Shown here: positions 1 through 15,021 of the stretch, in pieces
How positions within the stretch are numbered: position 1 is the stretch's first letter
How the letters are laid out: each line of letters begins with the position of its first letter
From: Burkholderiaceae bacterium
Lineage (GTDB): Bacteria > Pseudomonadota > Gammaproteobacteria > Burkholderiales > Burkholderiaceae_C
Assembly: GCA_035499355.1 (NCBI GenBank)
Contig: DATJYZ010000098.1
Span: 437-64,436, forward strand
Direction of reading: 5' to 3'
DNA: 64,000 nt
Made by a program: the position numbers and the translations under genes
Notes under the pieces: generated by a model
Database searches by the model: none
Told to the model about the DNA's origin: nothing
Seen by the model: only the letters and a program-made list of their open reading frames with translations

Positions 1-311
1 TCGGCCAGCTCGGCAACGGCATGGCCACCGCCGAGGGCAAGGCCGCTGCGCGCGCGATCGCGATCGACCTGATGGGCACGCTGCAGGCCGCGGTGGGCGA
101 TCTCGGCAAGGTCAAGCGCATCGTCAAGTTGCTCGGGCTGGTCAACAGCGCACCGTCGTTCACCGAGCATCACCTGGTGGTCAACGGCGCGTCGGAGCTG
201 CTGGGCGAGGTGTTCGGCGAAGCCGGCGCGCACGCGCGCTCGGCGTTCGGCGTGGCCCAGATCCCGATGGGTGCCTGCGTCGAGATCGAACTGATCGCCG
301 AAGTGGCATGA
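1..311 (+). CDS. RidA/YjgF/L-PSP family protein, C-terminal part (5' end outside the window)
   Basis: The frame of ORF 21..311 stays open to the window edge. The tail ...SAFGVAQIPMGACVEIELIAEV is typical of the RidA family. Confidence 0.7.
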   Translation, partial: GQLGNGMATAEGKAAARAIAIDLMGTLQAAVGDLGKVKRIVKLLGLVNSAPSFTEHHLVVNGASELLGEVFGEAGAHARSAFGVAQIPMGACVEIELIAEVA

Positions 312-381
312 GGGGCGGACACCGGCTCCGACGGAGGAGGCGCTCCGGCGCGAGGCCGACCCGGCGCGCCGAGGGCCGCGC

Positions 382-879
382 ATGACCGACGGCGTGGTCG
401 CTGCGCGCCGGCTGCTCGGCGCGGCCGCCGTGCTCGCCCTGCTGGCGGTGGCGCTGGGGCTGGTCACTCAGCATGGGTTCGACATGCAGCCCTGTCCATG
501 GTGCGTGCTGCAGCGCCTGGAGCTCGTGGTCATCGCGTTGGCGGCCGCCCTGGCGTGGCTGTGGCGCAGCCGCGGCGGCCTGCGGGTCAGCGCCGCGCTG
601 GTCATCGCGCTGGCCAACCTGGGCGTGCTGTCGGCACTGTGGCAACACTTCGTGGCGGCGTCCTCGGCGTCGTGCAACCTGACGCTGGCCGACCGCATCA
701 TCGGTGCGCTGCAGCTCGACAGCCTGCTGCCCGATGTGTTCGCGGCCACCGCGTCGTGCGCCGACGCCAGAGCCGATCTACTCGGCGTGCCCTACGAGTT
801 CTGGAGCCTGGCGCTGTTCATCGTGCTGGAGGCCCTCGCGGTGTGGGCCGTGCTGCGCACCCCGGCGCGCAGCGCCTGA
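382..879 (+). CDS. dsbB: disulfide bond formation protein B
   Basis: 165 aa and hydrophobic with multiple TM segments. It has a CPWC pair in the first loop and a second Cys pair (SASC...SCAD) in the later loop. ATG start. Confidence 0.8.
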   Translation: MTDGVVAARRLLGAAAVLALLAVALGLVTQHGFDMQPCPWCVLQRLELVVIALAAALAWLWRSRGGLRVSAALVIALANLGVLSALWQHFVAASSASCNLTLADRIIGALQLDSLLPDVFAATASCADARADLLGVPYEFWSLALFIVLEALAVWAVLRTPARSA

Positions 880-895
880 GCGCGCGCAAGCCGGC

Positions 896-1951
896 TCAGC
901 GCAACGACGCGTTGATCTTGGCCAGCGTGGCCGCGCCCGGGCACAGCTCGGGCTCGTTCAGCGCGTTGAGTGCCTTGCGCGAGGTGTTCAACGCCGCATG
1001 CAGATCGCCGGCGTGCGGGTCGATGTAGATCAACCCGGTGCCCAGCTCGCCGCCCGCCTGGTGCAGCTGCAGGTGATTCATCGCGCCGAGGCGGTCGGTG
1101 GCGTCGTAGTCGGCGTGCAGCTTGCGCAGCCGCATGATGCTGCCATCGGCCTGCGGCAGATCGAGCGTCTCGCCGGGCGCAGGCGCGGCCTTGACCTCGG
1201 GCGCCAGCGCGATGAAGTCGATGCGGTTCAGCGCCTCGTTGTGCTGGCGCACGTGGTCGTAGCTGCGCGTGCTGCCGGCGTGGTTGTTGAAGGCCACGCA
1301 CGGGCTGATGACGTCGAGGAAGGCCGCACCGCCGTGATCGATGGCCCCTTTGATCAGCGGCACCAGCTGCGCCTTGTCGCCGGAAAAGCCGCGGGCGACG
1401 TAGGTGGCGCCGAGCTGGAGCGCCATGCCGACCATGTCGACAGGGGAGTCGTTGTTGACCGCGCCCTTCTTGCTCTGGCTGCCGCGGTCGGCGGTGGCGG
1501 AGAACTGGCCCTTGGTGAGGCCGTAGACGCCGTTGTTCTCGACGATGTAGACCATGCGCACGCCACGGCGCATCGCATGCGCGAACTGCCCGAGCCCGAT
1601 CGAAGCCGAGTCGCCGTCGCCCGACACGCCGAGGTACAGCAGGTCGCGGTTCGCCAGATTGGCGCCGGTGAGCACGCTCGGCATGCGGCCGTGCACGGTG
1701 TTGAAACCGTGGCTGGCACCGAGAAAGTAGTCCGGCGTCTTGGAGCTGCAGCCGATGCCCGACAGCTTGGCCACGCGGTGGGGCTCGATGTCGAGCTCCC
1801 AGCAAGCCTGCACGATCGCCGCCGAGATCGAGTCGTGGCCACAGCCGGCGCACAGCGTCGAGACCTTGCCTTCGTAGTCGCGCCGCGTGTAGCCGACCTT
1901 GTTCTTGGTCAGCGTCGGGTGATGCAGGCGGGGTTTGGTGATGTAGGTCAT
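896..1951 (-). CDS. korB: 2-oxoglutarate:ferredoxin oxidoreductase, beta (TPP-binding) subunit
   Basis: The translation from MTYITKPRL... contains CAGCGH, GIGCSS and the GDGDSASIG TPP motif. Its ATG at 1951 overlaps the korA stop as ATGA. Confidence 0.9.
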   Translation of the reverse strand: MTYITKPRLHHPTLTKNKVGYTRRDYEGKVSTLCAGCGHDSISAAIVQACWELDIEPHRVAKLSGIGCSSKTPDYFLGASHGFNTVHGRMPSVLTGANLANRDLLYLGVSGDGDSASIGLGQFAHAMRRGVRMVYIVENNGVYGLTKGQFSATADRGSQSKKGAVNNDSPVDMVGMALQLGATYVARGFSGDKAQLVPLIKGAIDHGGAAFLDVISPCVAFNNHAGSTRSYDHVRQHNEALNRIDFIALAPEVKAAPAPGETLDLPQADGSIMRLRKLHADYDATDRLGAMNHLQLHQAGGELGTGLIYIDPHAGDLHAALNTSRKALNALNEPELCPGAATLAKINASLR

Positions 1952-3786
1952 TTCACTCTTTCGCGCCGCGGTTGCACCGCCAGGGCGTGCACGTGCTTTG
2001 TGATGTTGTCGGTGATGAAGCGCGCGGTGATCGGCGTGCCGTCGAAGTGCAGCACCGGAATCAGCCATGCCGGATCGATCTCCAGCTCGTTGATCAGCAG
2101 CGCGCGCATCTGCGCGTCGCGGTTCTGCTCGACCACGAAGACGTGGTCGTGACTGGCGATGAACTCGCGCACGCTGGCCGCGAACGGAAACGCGCGCAGG
2201 CGCATCGCGTCGAGGTGGATGGCCTCTCCGGCCAGGGCCACCAGGGCTTCGTCCATCGCCGGCGCCGTGGAGCCGAAGTAGATGACGCCCAGCCGGGTCT
2301 TCCTGGCGGCCGCACGCACGAGCGGCGCCGGCACCAGATTGGCGGCGGTGTCGAACTTGGTCAGCAGCCGCTGCACGTTGTAGACGTAGTCAGGGCCGGC
2401 CTCGGAATAGCGCGCGTAGGCATCGCGGGTGGTGCCGCGCGTGAAGTACGCCCCCTTGGTGGGATGCGCGCCCGGATAGGTGCGCCAGGGAATGCCGTCG
2501 CCGTCGACGTCCTTGTAGCGGCCGAAGTCCCTGCCCGCTTCGAGCTCGGCCGCGGTCATCACCTTGCCGCGGTCGTAGGCGCGAGCGTCGTCCCACTGCA
2601 GCGGCTCGCACAGGCGCTGGTTCATGCCGATGTCGAGGTCGGTCATCACGAACACCGGCGTCTGCAGGCGGTCGGCCAGGTCGAGCGCGGCGGCGGCGTG
2701 CTCGAAGCACTCGGCCGGATCCTGCGGCAGCAGCATCACGTGCTTGGTGTCGCCGTGCGACGCGTAGGCGCAGGAGATCAGGTCGGCCTGCTGCGTGCGC
2801 GTGGGCATGCCGGTGGACGGCCCGCCGCGCTGCACATCGATTATCGTCAGCGGGATCTCGGCGAAATACGCCAACCCGATGAACTCGGTCATCAGCGACA
2901 CGCCGGGGCCCGAGGTCGCGGTGAAGGCCCGCGCGCCGTTCCAGCCGGCCCCGGTGACGATGCCGATCGACGCGATCTCGTCCTCGGCCTGGATGATCGC
3001 GAAGCGGTTCTCGCCGGTGTCGGGGTCGACGCGCAGCTTGCGACAGTATTTCTCGAACGCCTCGGCCAGCGACGACGACGGCGTGATCGGGTACCACGCG
3101 CAGACCGTGGCCCCGCCGTATACGCAGCCGAGCGCCGCGGCGGCGTTGCCGTCGACGAAGATGCGGTTGCCCACCGCGTCGGCGCGCTTGACGCGCAGCC
3201 CGATCGGCGGGCTCAGGTGATCGGTGGCAAAACTGCGGCCGGCGTGCAGTGCACGCACGTTGCTCTCGAGCAGCCGTTCCTTGCCCTTGTACTGCTCGGA
3301 GAACAACTTCTCGATGACCGCGGGGTCGACCTCCATCAGCACCGACAGCGCACCCAGCACCATGATGTTCTTGAACAGCGTGCGCTGCCGCGGGTCTTCG
3401 TAGGTGGCGTTGCAGATGGCGGTGACCGGCATGCCGATCACCGTGATGTCGCTGCGAAAGGCGCTCTCGGGCAGCGGCTTGGTGCTGTCGTAGAAGAGAT
3501 AGCCGCCGGCCTCGATCTCGGCGACGTCCTGCTCCCAGGTCTGCGGGTTCATCGCCACCATCATGTCGATGCCGCCGCGCCGCCCGAGCCAGCCCTTCTC
3601 GCTGACCCGCACCTCGTACCAGGTAGGCAGACCCTGGATGTTGCTCGGGAAGATGTTGCGCGGGCTCACCGGCACGCCCATGCGCAGGATGGCCTTGGCG
3701 AACAGCTCGTTCGCCGACGCCGAACCCGAGCCGTTGACGTTGGCGAACTTGATGACGAAGTCGTTGACGGCTTCGATGCGCTTCAT
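1948..3786 (-). CDS. korA: 2-oxoglutarate:ferredoxin oxidoreductase, alpha subunit
   Basis: The internal start MKRIEAVNDFVIKFANVNGSGSASAN... of the 1207-aa track ORF gives 612 aa. This ATG at 3786 overlaps the upstream stop as ATGA. Confidence 0.9.
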   Translation of the reverse strand: MKRIEAVNDFVIKFANVNGSGSASANELFAKAILRMGVPVSPRNIFPSNIQGLPTWYEVRVSEKGWLGRRGGIDMMVAMNPQTWEQDVAEIEAGGYLFYDSTKPLPESAFRSDITVIGMPVTAICNATYEDPRQRTLFKNIMVLGALSVLMEVDPAVIEKLFSEQYKGKERLLESNVRALHAGRSFATDHLSPPIGLRVKRADAVGNRIFVDGNAAAALGCVYGGATVCAWYPITPSSSLAEAFEKYCRKLRVDPDTGENRFAIIQAEDEIASIGIVTGAGWNGARAFTATSGPGVSLMTEFIGLAYFAEIPLTIIDVQRGGPSTGMPTRTQQADLISCAYASHGDTKHVMLLPQDPAECFEHAAAALDLADRLQTPVFVMTDLDIGMNQRLCEPLQWDDARAYDRGKVMTAAELEAGRDFGRYKDVDGDGIPWRTYPGAHPTKGAYFTRGTTRDAYARYSEAGPDYVYNVQRLLTKFDTAANLVPAPLVRAAARKTRLGVIYFGSTAPAMDEALVALAGEAIHLDAMRLRAFPFAASVREFIASHDHVFVVEQNRDAQMRALLINELEIDPAWLIPVLHFDGTPITARFITDNITKHVHALAVQPRRERVK

Positions 3787-5621
3787 ACGGACACCTTCGC
3801 ACGCTGCACCGCCGGGCTCGAATCGCGACACGCCGGCCCCGCCTTGGTGGTCTGCAGCAGGAACTTCTGCATGTCCCACGCACCGGTCGGGCAGCGTTCG
3901 GCGCACAGGCCGCAGTGCAGGCAGACGTCCTCGTCCTTGACCATCACGCGCCCTGTCTTCAGCGGCGCGCCGACGTACAGATCCTGCGTCTTGTTCTGCG
4001 CCGGCGCGCTCAGGCGCGTGCGCAGGTCGGCCTCGTCGCCGTTGCCGGTGAAGGTGATGCAGTCCATCGGGCAAATGTCGACGCAGGCATCGCACTCGAT
4101 GCACAGCTTGTCGCTGAACACGGTCTGCACGTCGCAGTTGAGGCAGCGCTGCGCCTCCTTGAACGCGGTGGCCAGGTCGAAGCCCAGCTCGACCTCGATC
4201 TTGATGCTCTTGAGCGCCTTCTCGGCCTTCTCCCACGGCACCTTGAAGCGAACGTCGTTGGTTGGTGCGTTGTCGTAGCTCCACTCGTGGATGCCCATCT
4301 TCTGCGACATCAGGTTCACGTGCGGGGCCGGACGGCGCTTGACGTCCTCGCCATTCAGCAGGCGGTCGATCGACACCGCCGCCTCGTGGCCGTGCGCCAC
4401 CGCGGTGATGATGTTCTTGGGGCCGAAGGCCGCATCGCCGCCGAAGAATACGTGGGGCAGCGACGCCTGGAAGGTCACCTCGTCGAGCACCGGCAGGCCC
4501 CAGTCGTTGAACGCGATGCCGCTGTCGCGCTCGATCCAGGGGAAGGCGTTCTCCTGGCCCACCGCCACCAGCACCTCGTCGCAATCGAAATCGACGTCGG
4601 GCGCCCCGGTGGGCTTCAAGGTGCGTCGGCCCTTGGCGTCGTAGACCGACTCGACGATCTGGAAGCGCATGCCGGTGAGCCGGCCGTTGTCGTGCAGGAA
4701 GGCCACCGGCGCGTGGCACGGCAGGATCGGGATGCCTTCGTGCATCGCGTCCTCCTTCTCCCACGGCGAGGCCTTCATGTCCTCGAAGGTCGAGCGCACG
4801 ATCACCTTCACGTCGTCGGCGCCCATGCGGCGCGCCGAGCGGCAGCAGTCCATCGCGGTGTTGCCGCCGCCGAGCACGATGACACGCTTCTCCACCTTCT
4901 TGACGTGGCCGAAGTACACCGACGCCAGCCAGTCGATGCCGATGTGGATCTTCGCCTTCGCCTCCTGGCGGCCGGGAATCTCGAGGTCGCGGCCGCGCGG
5001 CGCGCCGCAGCCGACGAACACGGCGTCGTAGTTCTGCGTCAGCAACGCCTTCATCGAGTCGACGCGTGCGTTGCCCTTGAACTCGACCCCGAGGCCGACG
5101 ATGTAGCCGACCTCCTCGTCGATCACGGGCTCGGGCAGGCGGAAGCGCGGCACCTGCGTGCGCATGAAGCCGCCGGCCTTGGCGTCGCCGTCGAGCACGG
5201 TGACCGAGTAGCCTTGCAGCACCAGGTCCCGCGCCACCGTGAGCGACGCCGGCCCGGCGCCGACGCAGACGACGCGCTTGCCGTTCTTCGGCGCGGCGCG
5301 CGGCAGCATCGCGCGGATCTCGCCGTCCTTGAAGTCGGCGGCGACGCGCTTGAGGCGGCAGATCGCCACCGCCTCGGGCTTGGCGGTGTTGTCCTCCTCG
5401 ACGCGGCCGCGCCGGCATGCGGGCTCGCACGGACGGTCGCAGGTGCGACCGAGGATGCCGGGAAAGACGTTGCTCTCCCAGTTGACCATGTAGGCGTCGT
5501 CGTAGCGGCCCTGTGCGATCAGACGGATGTATTCGGGGACGGGGGTATGGGCCGGGCAAGCCCATTGGCAATCGACGACCTTGTGGAAATAGGTCGGATC
5601 CGCCACGTCAGTGGGGTGCAC
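3783..5621 (-). CDS. GltD-like FAD/NAD(P)H oxidoreductase fused to a C-terminal 2x[4Fe-4S] ferredoxin domain
   Basis: 612 aa. It has an N-terminal Cys cluster (CDRPCEPAC), two Rossmann motifs (VCVGAGPAS, VLGGGNTAMD), and C-terminal CIECDACVDICP plus CLHCGLCAERCP. The GTG start has GGAGGAG 9 nt upstream. Confidence 0.8.
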   Translation of the reverse strand: MHPTDVADPTYFHKVVDCQWACPAHTPVPEYIRLIAQGRYDDAYMVNWESNVFPGILGRTCDRPCEPACRRGRVEEDNTAKPEAVAICRLKRVAADFKDGEIRAMLPRAAPKNGKRVVCVGAGPASLTVARDLVLQGYSVTVLDGDAKAGGFMRTQVPRFRLPEPVIDEEVGYIVGLGVEFKGNARVDSMKALLTQNYDAVFVGCGAPRGRDLEIPGRQEAKAKIHIGIDWLASVYFGHVKKVEKRVIVLGGGNTAMDCCRSARRMGADDVKVIVRSTFEDMKASPWEKEDAMHEGIPILPCHAPVAFLHDNGRLTGMRFQIVESVYDAKGRRTLKPTGAPDVDFDCDEVLVAVGQENAFPWIERDSGIAFNDWGLPVLDEVTFQASLPHVFFGGDAAFGPKNIITAVAHGHEAAVSIDRLLNGEDVKRRPAPHVNLMSQKMGIHEWSYDNAPTNDVRFKVPWEKAEKALKSIKIEVELGFDLATAFKEAQRCLNCDVQTVFSDKLCIECDACVDICPMDCITFTGNGDEADLRTRLSAPAQNKTQDLYVGAPLKTGRVMVKDEDVCLHCGLCAERCPTGAWDMQKFLLQTTKAGPACRDSSPAVQRAKVSV

Positions 5622-5759
5622 TCAGGGTGTCTCCTCCGGGGCCATTCGTTCGAACCGCAGCGCGGCCGCTCCGATCGGACCCGTGAACCGCAAACGCAGG
5701 CAGTCTACGCCGGTTGGGAAGACCGGACCTGAGTGCCAGCCCGGATGCCGCGTTGGCGA

Positions 5760-8075
<2,316 letters not shown>

Positions 8076-8106
8076 GGGAGCAGGCGTGTTCGAAGAGTTC
8101 GATGGA

Positions 8107-9717
8107 TCAGCGCGGGAAGCGCTCGCGCAGCTTGAGCTTCCAGAACTTGCCGGTCGACGTGCGCGGGATCGCGTCGATCACCTCGCAGCGATCGGGCAGC
8201 TGCCACTTGGCGAAGCCATGCCGCATCAGGTGCTCGCCGATCTCGCCCGCCGTCGCGCTCTTGCCCGGCTTGAACACGATGCACGCCAGCGGTCGTTCGC
8301 CCCACTTGTCGTGCGGAATCGCGATCACCGCGGCCTCGGCGATCGCCGCGTGCGCCATCAGCGCGTTCTCCAGGTCGACCGACGAGATCCATTCGCCGCC
8401 CGACTTCACTAGGTCCTTGGTGCGGTCGGTGATGCGCAGGTAGCCCAGCGGGTCCAGCGTGGCGACGTCCCCGGTGCGCAGCCAGCCGTCGCGGGTGAAC
8501 TTGTCGGGCGGCGAGCCCACCCGGTGATAGGCGCCGGTGATGAACGGCCCGCGCACCTGCACCTCGCCCATGGTCTTGCCGTCCCACGGCGCGAACGAGC
8601 CATCGTCGGTCTGCAGGCGCAGCGACACCAGCGGCGCCACGATGCCGCCGGTGGCGGCGCGCCTGAACTGCTCGTCGGGACCGGCATCGCGCAGCTCGGT
8701 GCGCGGGAAGACCGCGGTCGCCAGCGGCGAGGTCTCGGTCATGCCCCAGCCCTGCTGGATCGTGATGCCCTGGCGGGCGAAGGCGCGGATCAGCGACTCC
8801 GGCACCGCCGCGCCGCCGACCAGCGAGCGCATGCCGGTGGGCAGCTTCCAGCGCGTCGAGCCCTCGGCCAGCGCGCGCTCGTAGGTCTGGATCAGCCCGA
8901 GCCAGATGGTCGGCACGCCGAGCGACAGCGTCGGCGGCTCCAGCGTCATCAGGTCGAGCAGGTCGTCGGGGTGCAGGTGCGGCCCCGGAAAGACCATCTT
9001 CGCGCCCTGCATCACCACGCCGTACGGAATGCCCCAGCAGTTGGCATGGAACATCGGTGTCACCGGCAGCACCACGTCGGTGTTGCGCAGGCCCCAGATG
9101 TCGGCGCCCATCGCCACCAGCGTGTGCAGGATGGTCGAGCGGTGCGAGTAAGCCACGCCTTTCGGCCGCCCGGTGGTGCCCGACGTGTAGCACATCGCCA
9201 CCGGGTCGTTCTCGTCGTGCTTCGGGTACTCGAAGCGCGATGCATCGGCGTCGTGCAGCAGCGCCTCGTAGTCGATGAACGGCGGCTCCACCGGTGCGCC
9301 CGAGAACGGGAACACGATCACGTGCTCGAAGCGATGCAGGTGAGCGAACTGCCGGTACAGCGGCAGCAGGACGTCGTCGACGATCAGGAAGCGGTCGTCG
9401 GCGTCGGCGGCGATCCACCCCAGCTCGTCGGGTGCCAGGCGCAGGTTCAGCGTGTGCATCACGCCGCCGGCCGCCGGTATGCCGAGGTAGCACTCCAGGT
9501 GCGCATGGTGGTTCCACGCCAGCGTGGCGACGCGCTCGCCGCGCTTCAGGCCCAGCTTCAGCAGCGCCGCGGCAAGCCTGCGCGTGCGCTGCGCGTACTC
9601 GCCGTAGGTGTGGCGACGCAGCGACTTGTCGGGCAGGCGCGACACGATCTCGTTGCCCGCGAAGATCGTGCGCGCGCGCTCAAGCACGTCGTTGAGCGAC
9701 AGGCTGACGTCCATCAT
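8107..9717 (-). CDS. AMP-dependent acyl-CoA synthetase (fatty-acid-CoA ligase family)
   Basis: The internal start [10 protein letters not shown]... of the 753-aa track ORF gives 536 aa and carries the AMP-binding motif [12 protein letters not shown]. Confidence 0.85.
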   Translation of the reverse strand: MMDVSLSLNDVLERARTIFAGNEIVSRLPDKSLRRHTYGEYAQRTRRLAAALLKLGLKRGERVATLAWNHHAHLECYLGIPAAGGVMHTLNLRLAPDELGWIAADADDRFLIVDDVLLPLYRQFAHLHRFEHVIVFPFSGAPVEPPFIDYEALLHDADASRFEYPKHDENDPVAMCYTSGTTGRPKGVAYSHRSTILHTLVAMGADIWGLRNTDVVLPVTPMFHANCWGIPYGVVMQGAKMVFPGPHLHPDDLLDLMTLEPPTLSLGVPTIWLGLIQTYERALAEGSTRWKLPTGMRSLVGGAAVPESLIRAFARQGITIQQGWGMTETSPLATAVFPRTELRDAGPDEQFRRAATGGIVAPLVSLRLQTDDGSFAPWDGKTMGEVQVRGPFITGAYHRVGSPPDKFTRDGWLRTGDVATLDPLGYLRITDRTKDLVKSGGEWISSVDLENALMAHAAIAEAAVIAIPHDKWGERPLACIVFKPGKSATAGEIGEHLMRHGFAKWQLPDRCEVIDAIPRTSTGKFWKLKLRERFPR

Positions 9718-9740
9718 GGTGGCGTGCACGTGCGGCCTCC

Positions 9741-10426
9741 TCAGGGATGCACCTTCATCTGTTGCGCGCCGCGCGACTGGCGGCGCTGCAGCAGCACCCA
9801 ATACAGCTCCAGCACCTGCTGCACGTGGGCGCGCGTCTCGCCGATCGGCGGCAGCTCGCCGCCGCTGCGGCGCACCGCCTCGTCGCCGGCGCTCCACGCC
9901 GCCAGCGCCAGGTCGATGCGCTGGTAGCGCTTCAGCAGGCCGGCCATCAGCTGCGTGCCGACGCCGATGTTGGTGCGCGGCTCGGCCAGGCGGTCGGCGA
10001 CGTTGCGCGGGCTGTCGGCCTTGCCCATCAGCGGGGCGGCGGTCGTCGGCATGATCTGCATCAGCCCGACCGCGCCGCGCGGCGAGACCGCGCGCTCGTT
10101 GAAGCCGGACTCCACCGCGATCAGCGCGTTGATCAGCTCGCTGTCGACGCCATGCTTGGCCGACGCTTCGCGGATCCACGGCTGTACGCGCTTGACCTCG
10201 GGCGCGATCTCCAGCCAGGTGAGAATCGCTGCCGGCGCGGTGGCCTTGCCCGGCACCTTGTCGATCTTCGCCGGCGCGCCGGTCGCATCGTCGATCACCA
10301 GGCCGTAGCGCGAGTCGATCTGGCGGTCGGCAAAGTGCGCGACCCCGTCGCCATCCACATAGCCCCACAGTGCGGCATGCGCCAGCAGGCTGCTGCCGAG
10401 CGTCGCGGCGGCGACGACAGCGGCTT

Positions 10427-10430
<4 letters not shown>
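9741..10430 (-). CDS. lytic transglycosylase (SLT domain), secreted
   Basis: A GTG start gives the signal-like VKAAVVAAATLGSSLLAHA. The SLT motifs AVESGFN and GLMQIMP are present. The start overlaps the GNAT stop as GTGA. Confidence 0.78.
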
Positions 10431-12980
<2,550 letters not shown>

Positions 12981-12997
12981 TTATGGGACCCCCCCGT

Positions 12998-13068
12998 AGC
13001 GGCTTGGCGGCCGCTTCCCCCCAGGGGGCACCACCAGCGGACCGGCTGAGCCGGATCCGCGGTGGTCA
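12998..13068. repeat. REP-like GC-rich palindromic intergenic element, copy A
   Basis: It contains the hairpin AGCGGC-N6-GCCGCT, a C6AG5 palindrome, and a 16-bp stem at 13030..13066 with two single-nt bulges. It shares termini with the copies at 45886..45970 (reverse) and 62480..62550. Confidence 0.6.
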
Positions 13069-13096
13069 CTTGAATCTGTTTGTGACGACGCGAGCG

Positions 13097-14353
13097 TCAA
13101 CGGCGGTAGCGCGCCATCGCGAGATCGGCGATGTCGATCTCGGGCTTGCGGCCCGAGATCAGGTCGGCGATCACGCGGCCGGTGCCGGCGGCCATCGTCC
13201 AGCCCAGCGTGCCGTGACCGGTGGCGAGGACCAGGTTGGTGATCGGTGTCGGGCCGACGATCGGCGTGCCGTCGGGTGTCATCGGTCGCAGGCCGCACCA
13301 GAACTCGGCGCGCGCGAGGTCGCCGCCGCCGGGAAAGAGATCGGTCACCACGTGAACCAGCGTGGCGCGCCGCGCTTCGCGCAGCGCCAGGCTGTAGCCG
13401 GCGAGCTCGGCGGTGCCGCCGACGCGGATGCGGCCGCCCAGCCGCGTGACCGCGACCTTGTGCGTTTCGTCCATGATGGTCGACTCCGGCGCGCGCGCGG
13501 TGTCGACGATCGGCAGCGTGATCGAGTAGCCCTTCACCGGGTACACCGGAATGCGCAGCTTCAGCGTCTTCAGCATCAGCGGCGTGTAGCTGCCCAGCGC
13601 CATCACCACGGCGTCGGCGTTCAACGTGCCGGCGGTGGTGCGCACGCCGGTGATGCGATCGCCGTCGCGATCGATGCCGACGATGGTGGTGTCGAAGCGC
13701 AGGGTCGCGCCGCGCGCCGTGGCCATGGCCGCGAGGCGCTGCGTGAACAGGTGGCAATCGCCGGTCTCGTCACCCGGCAGCCGCAGTGCGCCGACGAACT
13801 TGTGCTGCGTGTCCTTCAAGCCCGGCTCGACGCGCATGAAGCCGGCGCGATCGAGCACCTCGAACGGCACGCCGTATTGCTTGAGCACCGCGATGTCCTT
13901 GGCGGTGCCGTCGAGCTGCTTCTGGGTGCGAAACAGCTGCAGCGTGCCTTGCGCGCGGTCGTCGTACGCGATGCCGGTCGCGGCGCGCAGCGCCTTCATG
14001 CAATCGCGGCTGTATTCGGCGATCGGCACCATGCGGCTCTTGTTGATCGCATAGGCGCGCTCGGTGCAATTGGCGAGCATCGCCAGGCCCCAGCGCCACA
14101 TGGCCGGGTCGAGCAGTGGCCAGATCACCAACGGGCTGTGCGTCATCAGCATCCACTGGATCGCCTTGACCGGCACGCCGGGTCCGGCCCAGGGCGACGA
14201 GTAGCCCGGCGACACCTCGCCCGCATTGGCGAAGCTGGTCTCCATCGCCGCCGCGCTGCGGCGCTCGACCAACTCGACCTCGTGGCCGGCGTCTGCCAGG
14301 TAGTACGCCGCCGAGACGCCGATCACGCCACCGCCGAGAACGAGAACCCGCAT
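13097..14353 (-). CDS. dadA: D-amino acid dehydrogenase small subunit
   Basis: 418 aa. The N-terminal FAD motif [20 protein letters not shown] is present, and the whole sequence is DadA-like (...[10 protein letters not shown]...). Confidence 0.9.
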   Translation of the reverse strand: MRVLVLGGGVIGVSAAYYLADAGHEVELVERRSAAAMETSFANAGEVSPGYSSPWAGPGVPVKAIQWMLMTHSPLVIWPLLDPAMWRWGLAMLANCTERAYAINKSRMVPIAEYSRDCMKALRAATGIAYDDRAQGTLQLFRTQKQLDGTAKDIAVLKQYGVPFEVLDRAGFMRVEPGLKDTQHKFVGALRLPGDETGDCHLFTQRLAAMATARGATLRFDTTIVGIDRDGDRITGVRTTAGTLNADAVVMALGSYTPLMLKTLKLRIPVYPVKGYSITLPIVDTARAPESTIMDETHKVAVTRLGGRIRVGGTAELAGYSLALREARRATLVHVVTDLFPGGGDLARAEFWCGLRPMTPDGTPIVGPTPITNLVLATGHGTLGWTMAAGTGRVIADLISGRKPEIDIADLAMARYRR

Positions 14354-14442
14354 CGTCCGCTCCGTCGCCCGCCTTCCGGCCCCAACTGTACCGATGGCCG
14401 CTGTGTCATACCGCCACGGGCGCCTTCGACTAGATTGCGCGC

Positions 14443-14994
14443 ATGCACGAGACGCCGTCGCCCTGGATCATGCGCTGGGCCGACAGCATCCCCGCCGGTG
14501 GCGCCGTGCTCGACCTCGCGTGCGGTTCGGGGCGTCACGTGCGCCACCTCGCGGCGCGTGGCCTGCGCGTGACCGCGGTCGATCGCGATCGTGACGCCCT
14601 CGCGCACTCGCGCGGCGTCGCCGCCGAGGTGATCGAGGCCGACCTCGAAGGCGCCGCCTGGCCGCTGCCCGGGCGACGCTTCGATGCGGTGGTCGTCACC
14701 AACTACCTGTGGCGCGCGCTGCTGCCGACGATCGTCGACAGCGTGGCCGAGGGTGGCGTGCTGCTGTACGAGACGTTCGCGCTCGGCCAGGAGCAGCTGG
14801 GCCGACCGACGAACCCCGATTTCCTGCTGCGGCCTGGCGAGTTGCTGACCGTGGCGCGCGGCCTGCACGTGCTGGGCTACGAGGACGGCATCGCCGCGGC
14901 GCCCGAGCGCCGTGTGCAGCGGCTAGCCGCCTGGCGCGCCCACGGGGACGACCTGCCCCCACGGTTGCCTTGGCCCTGTCTCGACAGGCCCTAA
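14443..14994 (+). CDS. class I SAM-dependent methyltransferase
   Basis: 183 aa with SAM motif [12 protein letters not shown]. The gene lies 27 nt upstream of dapA. Confidence 0.7.
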   Translation: MHETPSPWIMRWADSIPAGGAVLDLACGSGRHVRHLAARGLRVTAVDRDRDALAHSRGVAAEVIEADLEGAAWPLPGRRFDAVVVTNYLWRALLPTIVDSVAEGGVLLYETFALGQEQLGRPTNPDFLLRPGELLTVARGLHVLGYEDGIAAAPERRVQRLAAWRAHGDDLPPRLPWPCLDRP

Positions 14995-15021
14995 AATCCC
15001 GCCCGGAAGCCGAGAACCGCC

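Noticed and set aside
3787-5571. An N-terminal extension of about 595 aa on the korA track ORF (1948..5571).
   Set aside because: It overlaps the GltD-like gene out of frame and is low complexity. The KorA homology begins at MKRIEAVNDF (ATG 3786), which forms an ATGA overlap with the upstream stop.
9718-10368. An upstream extension of the acyl-CoA synthetase ORF (track ORF 8107..10368).
   Set aside because: It overlaps the SLT gene in another frame and is Arg/Ala-rich junk. The ligase homology starts at MMDVSL (9717).
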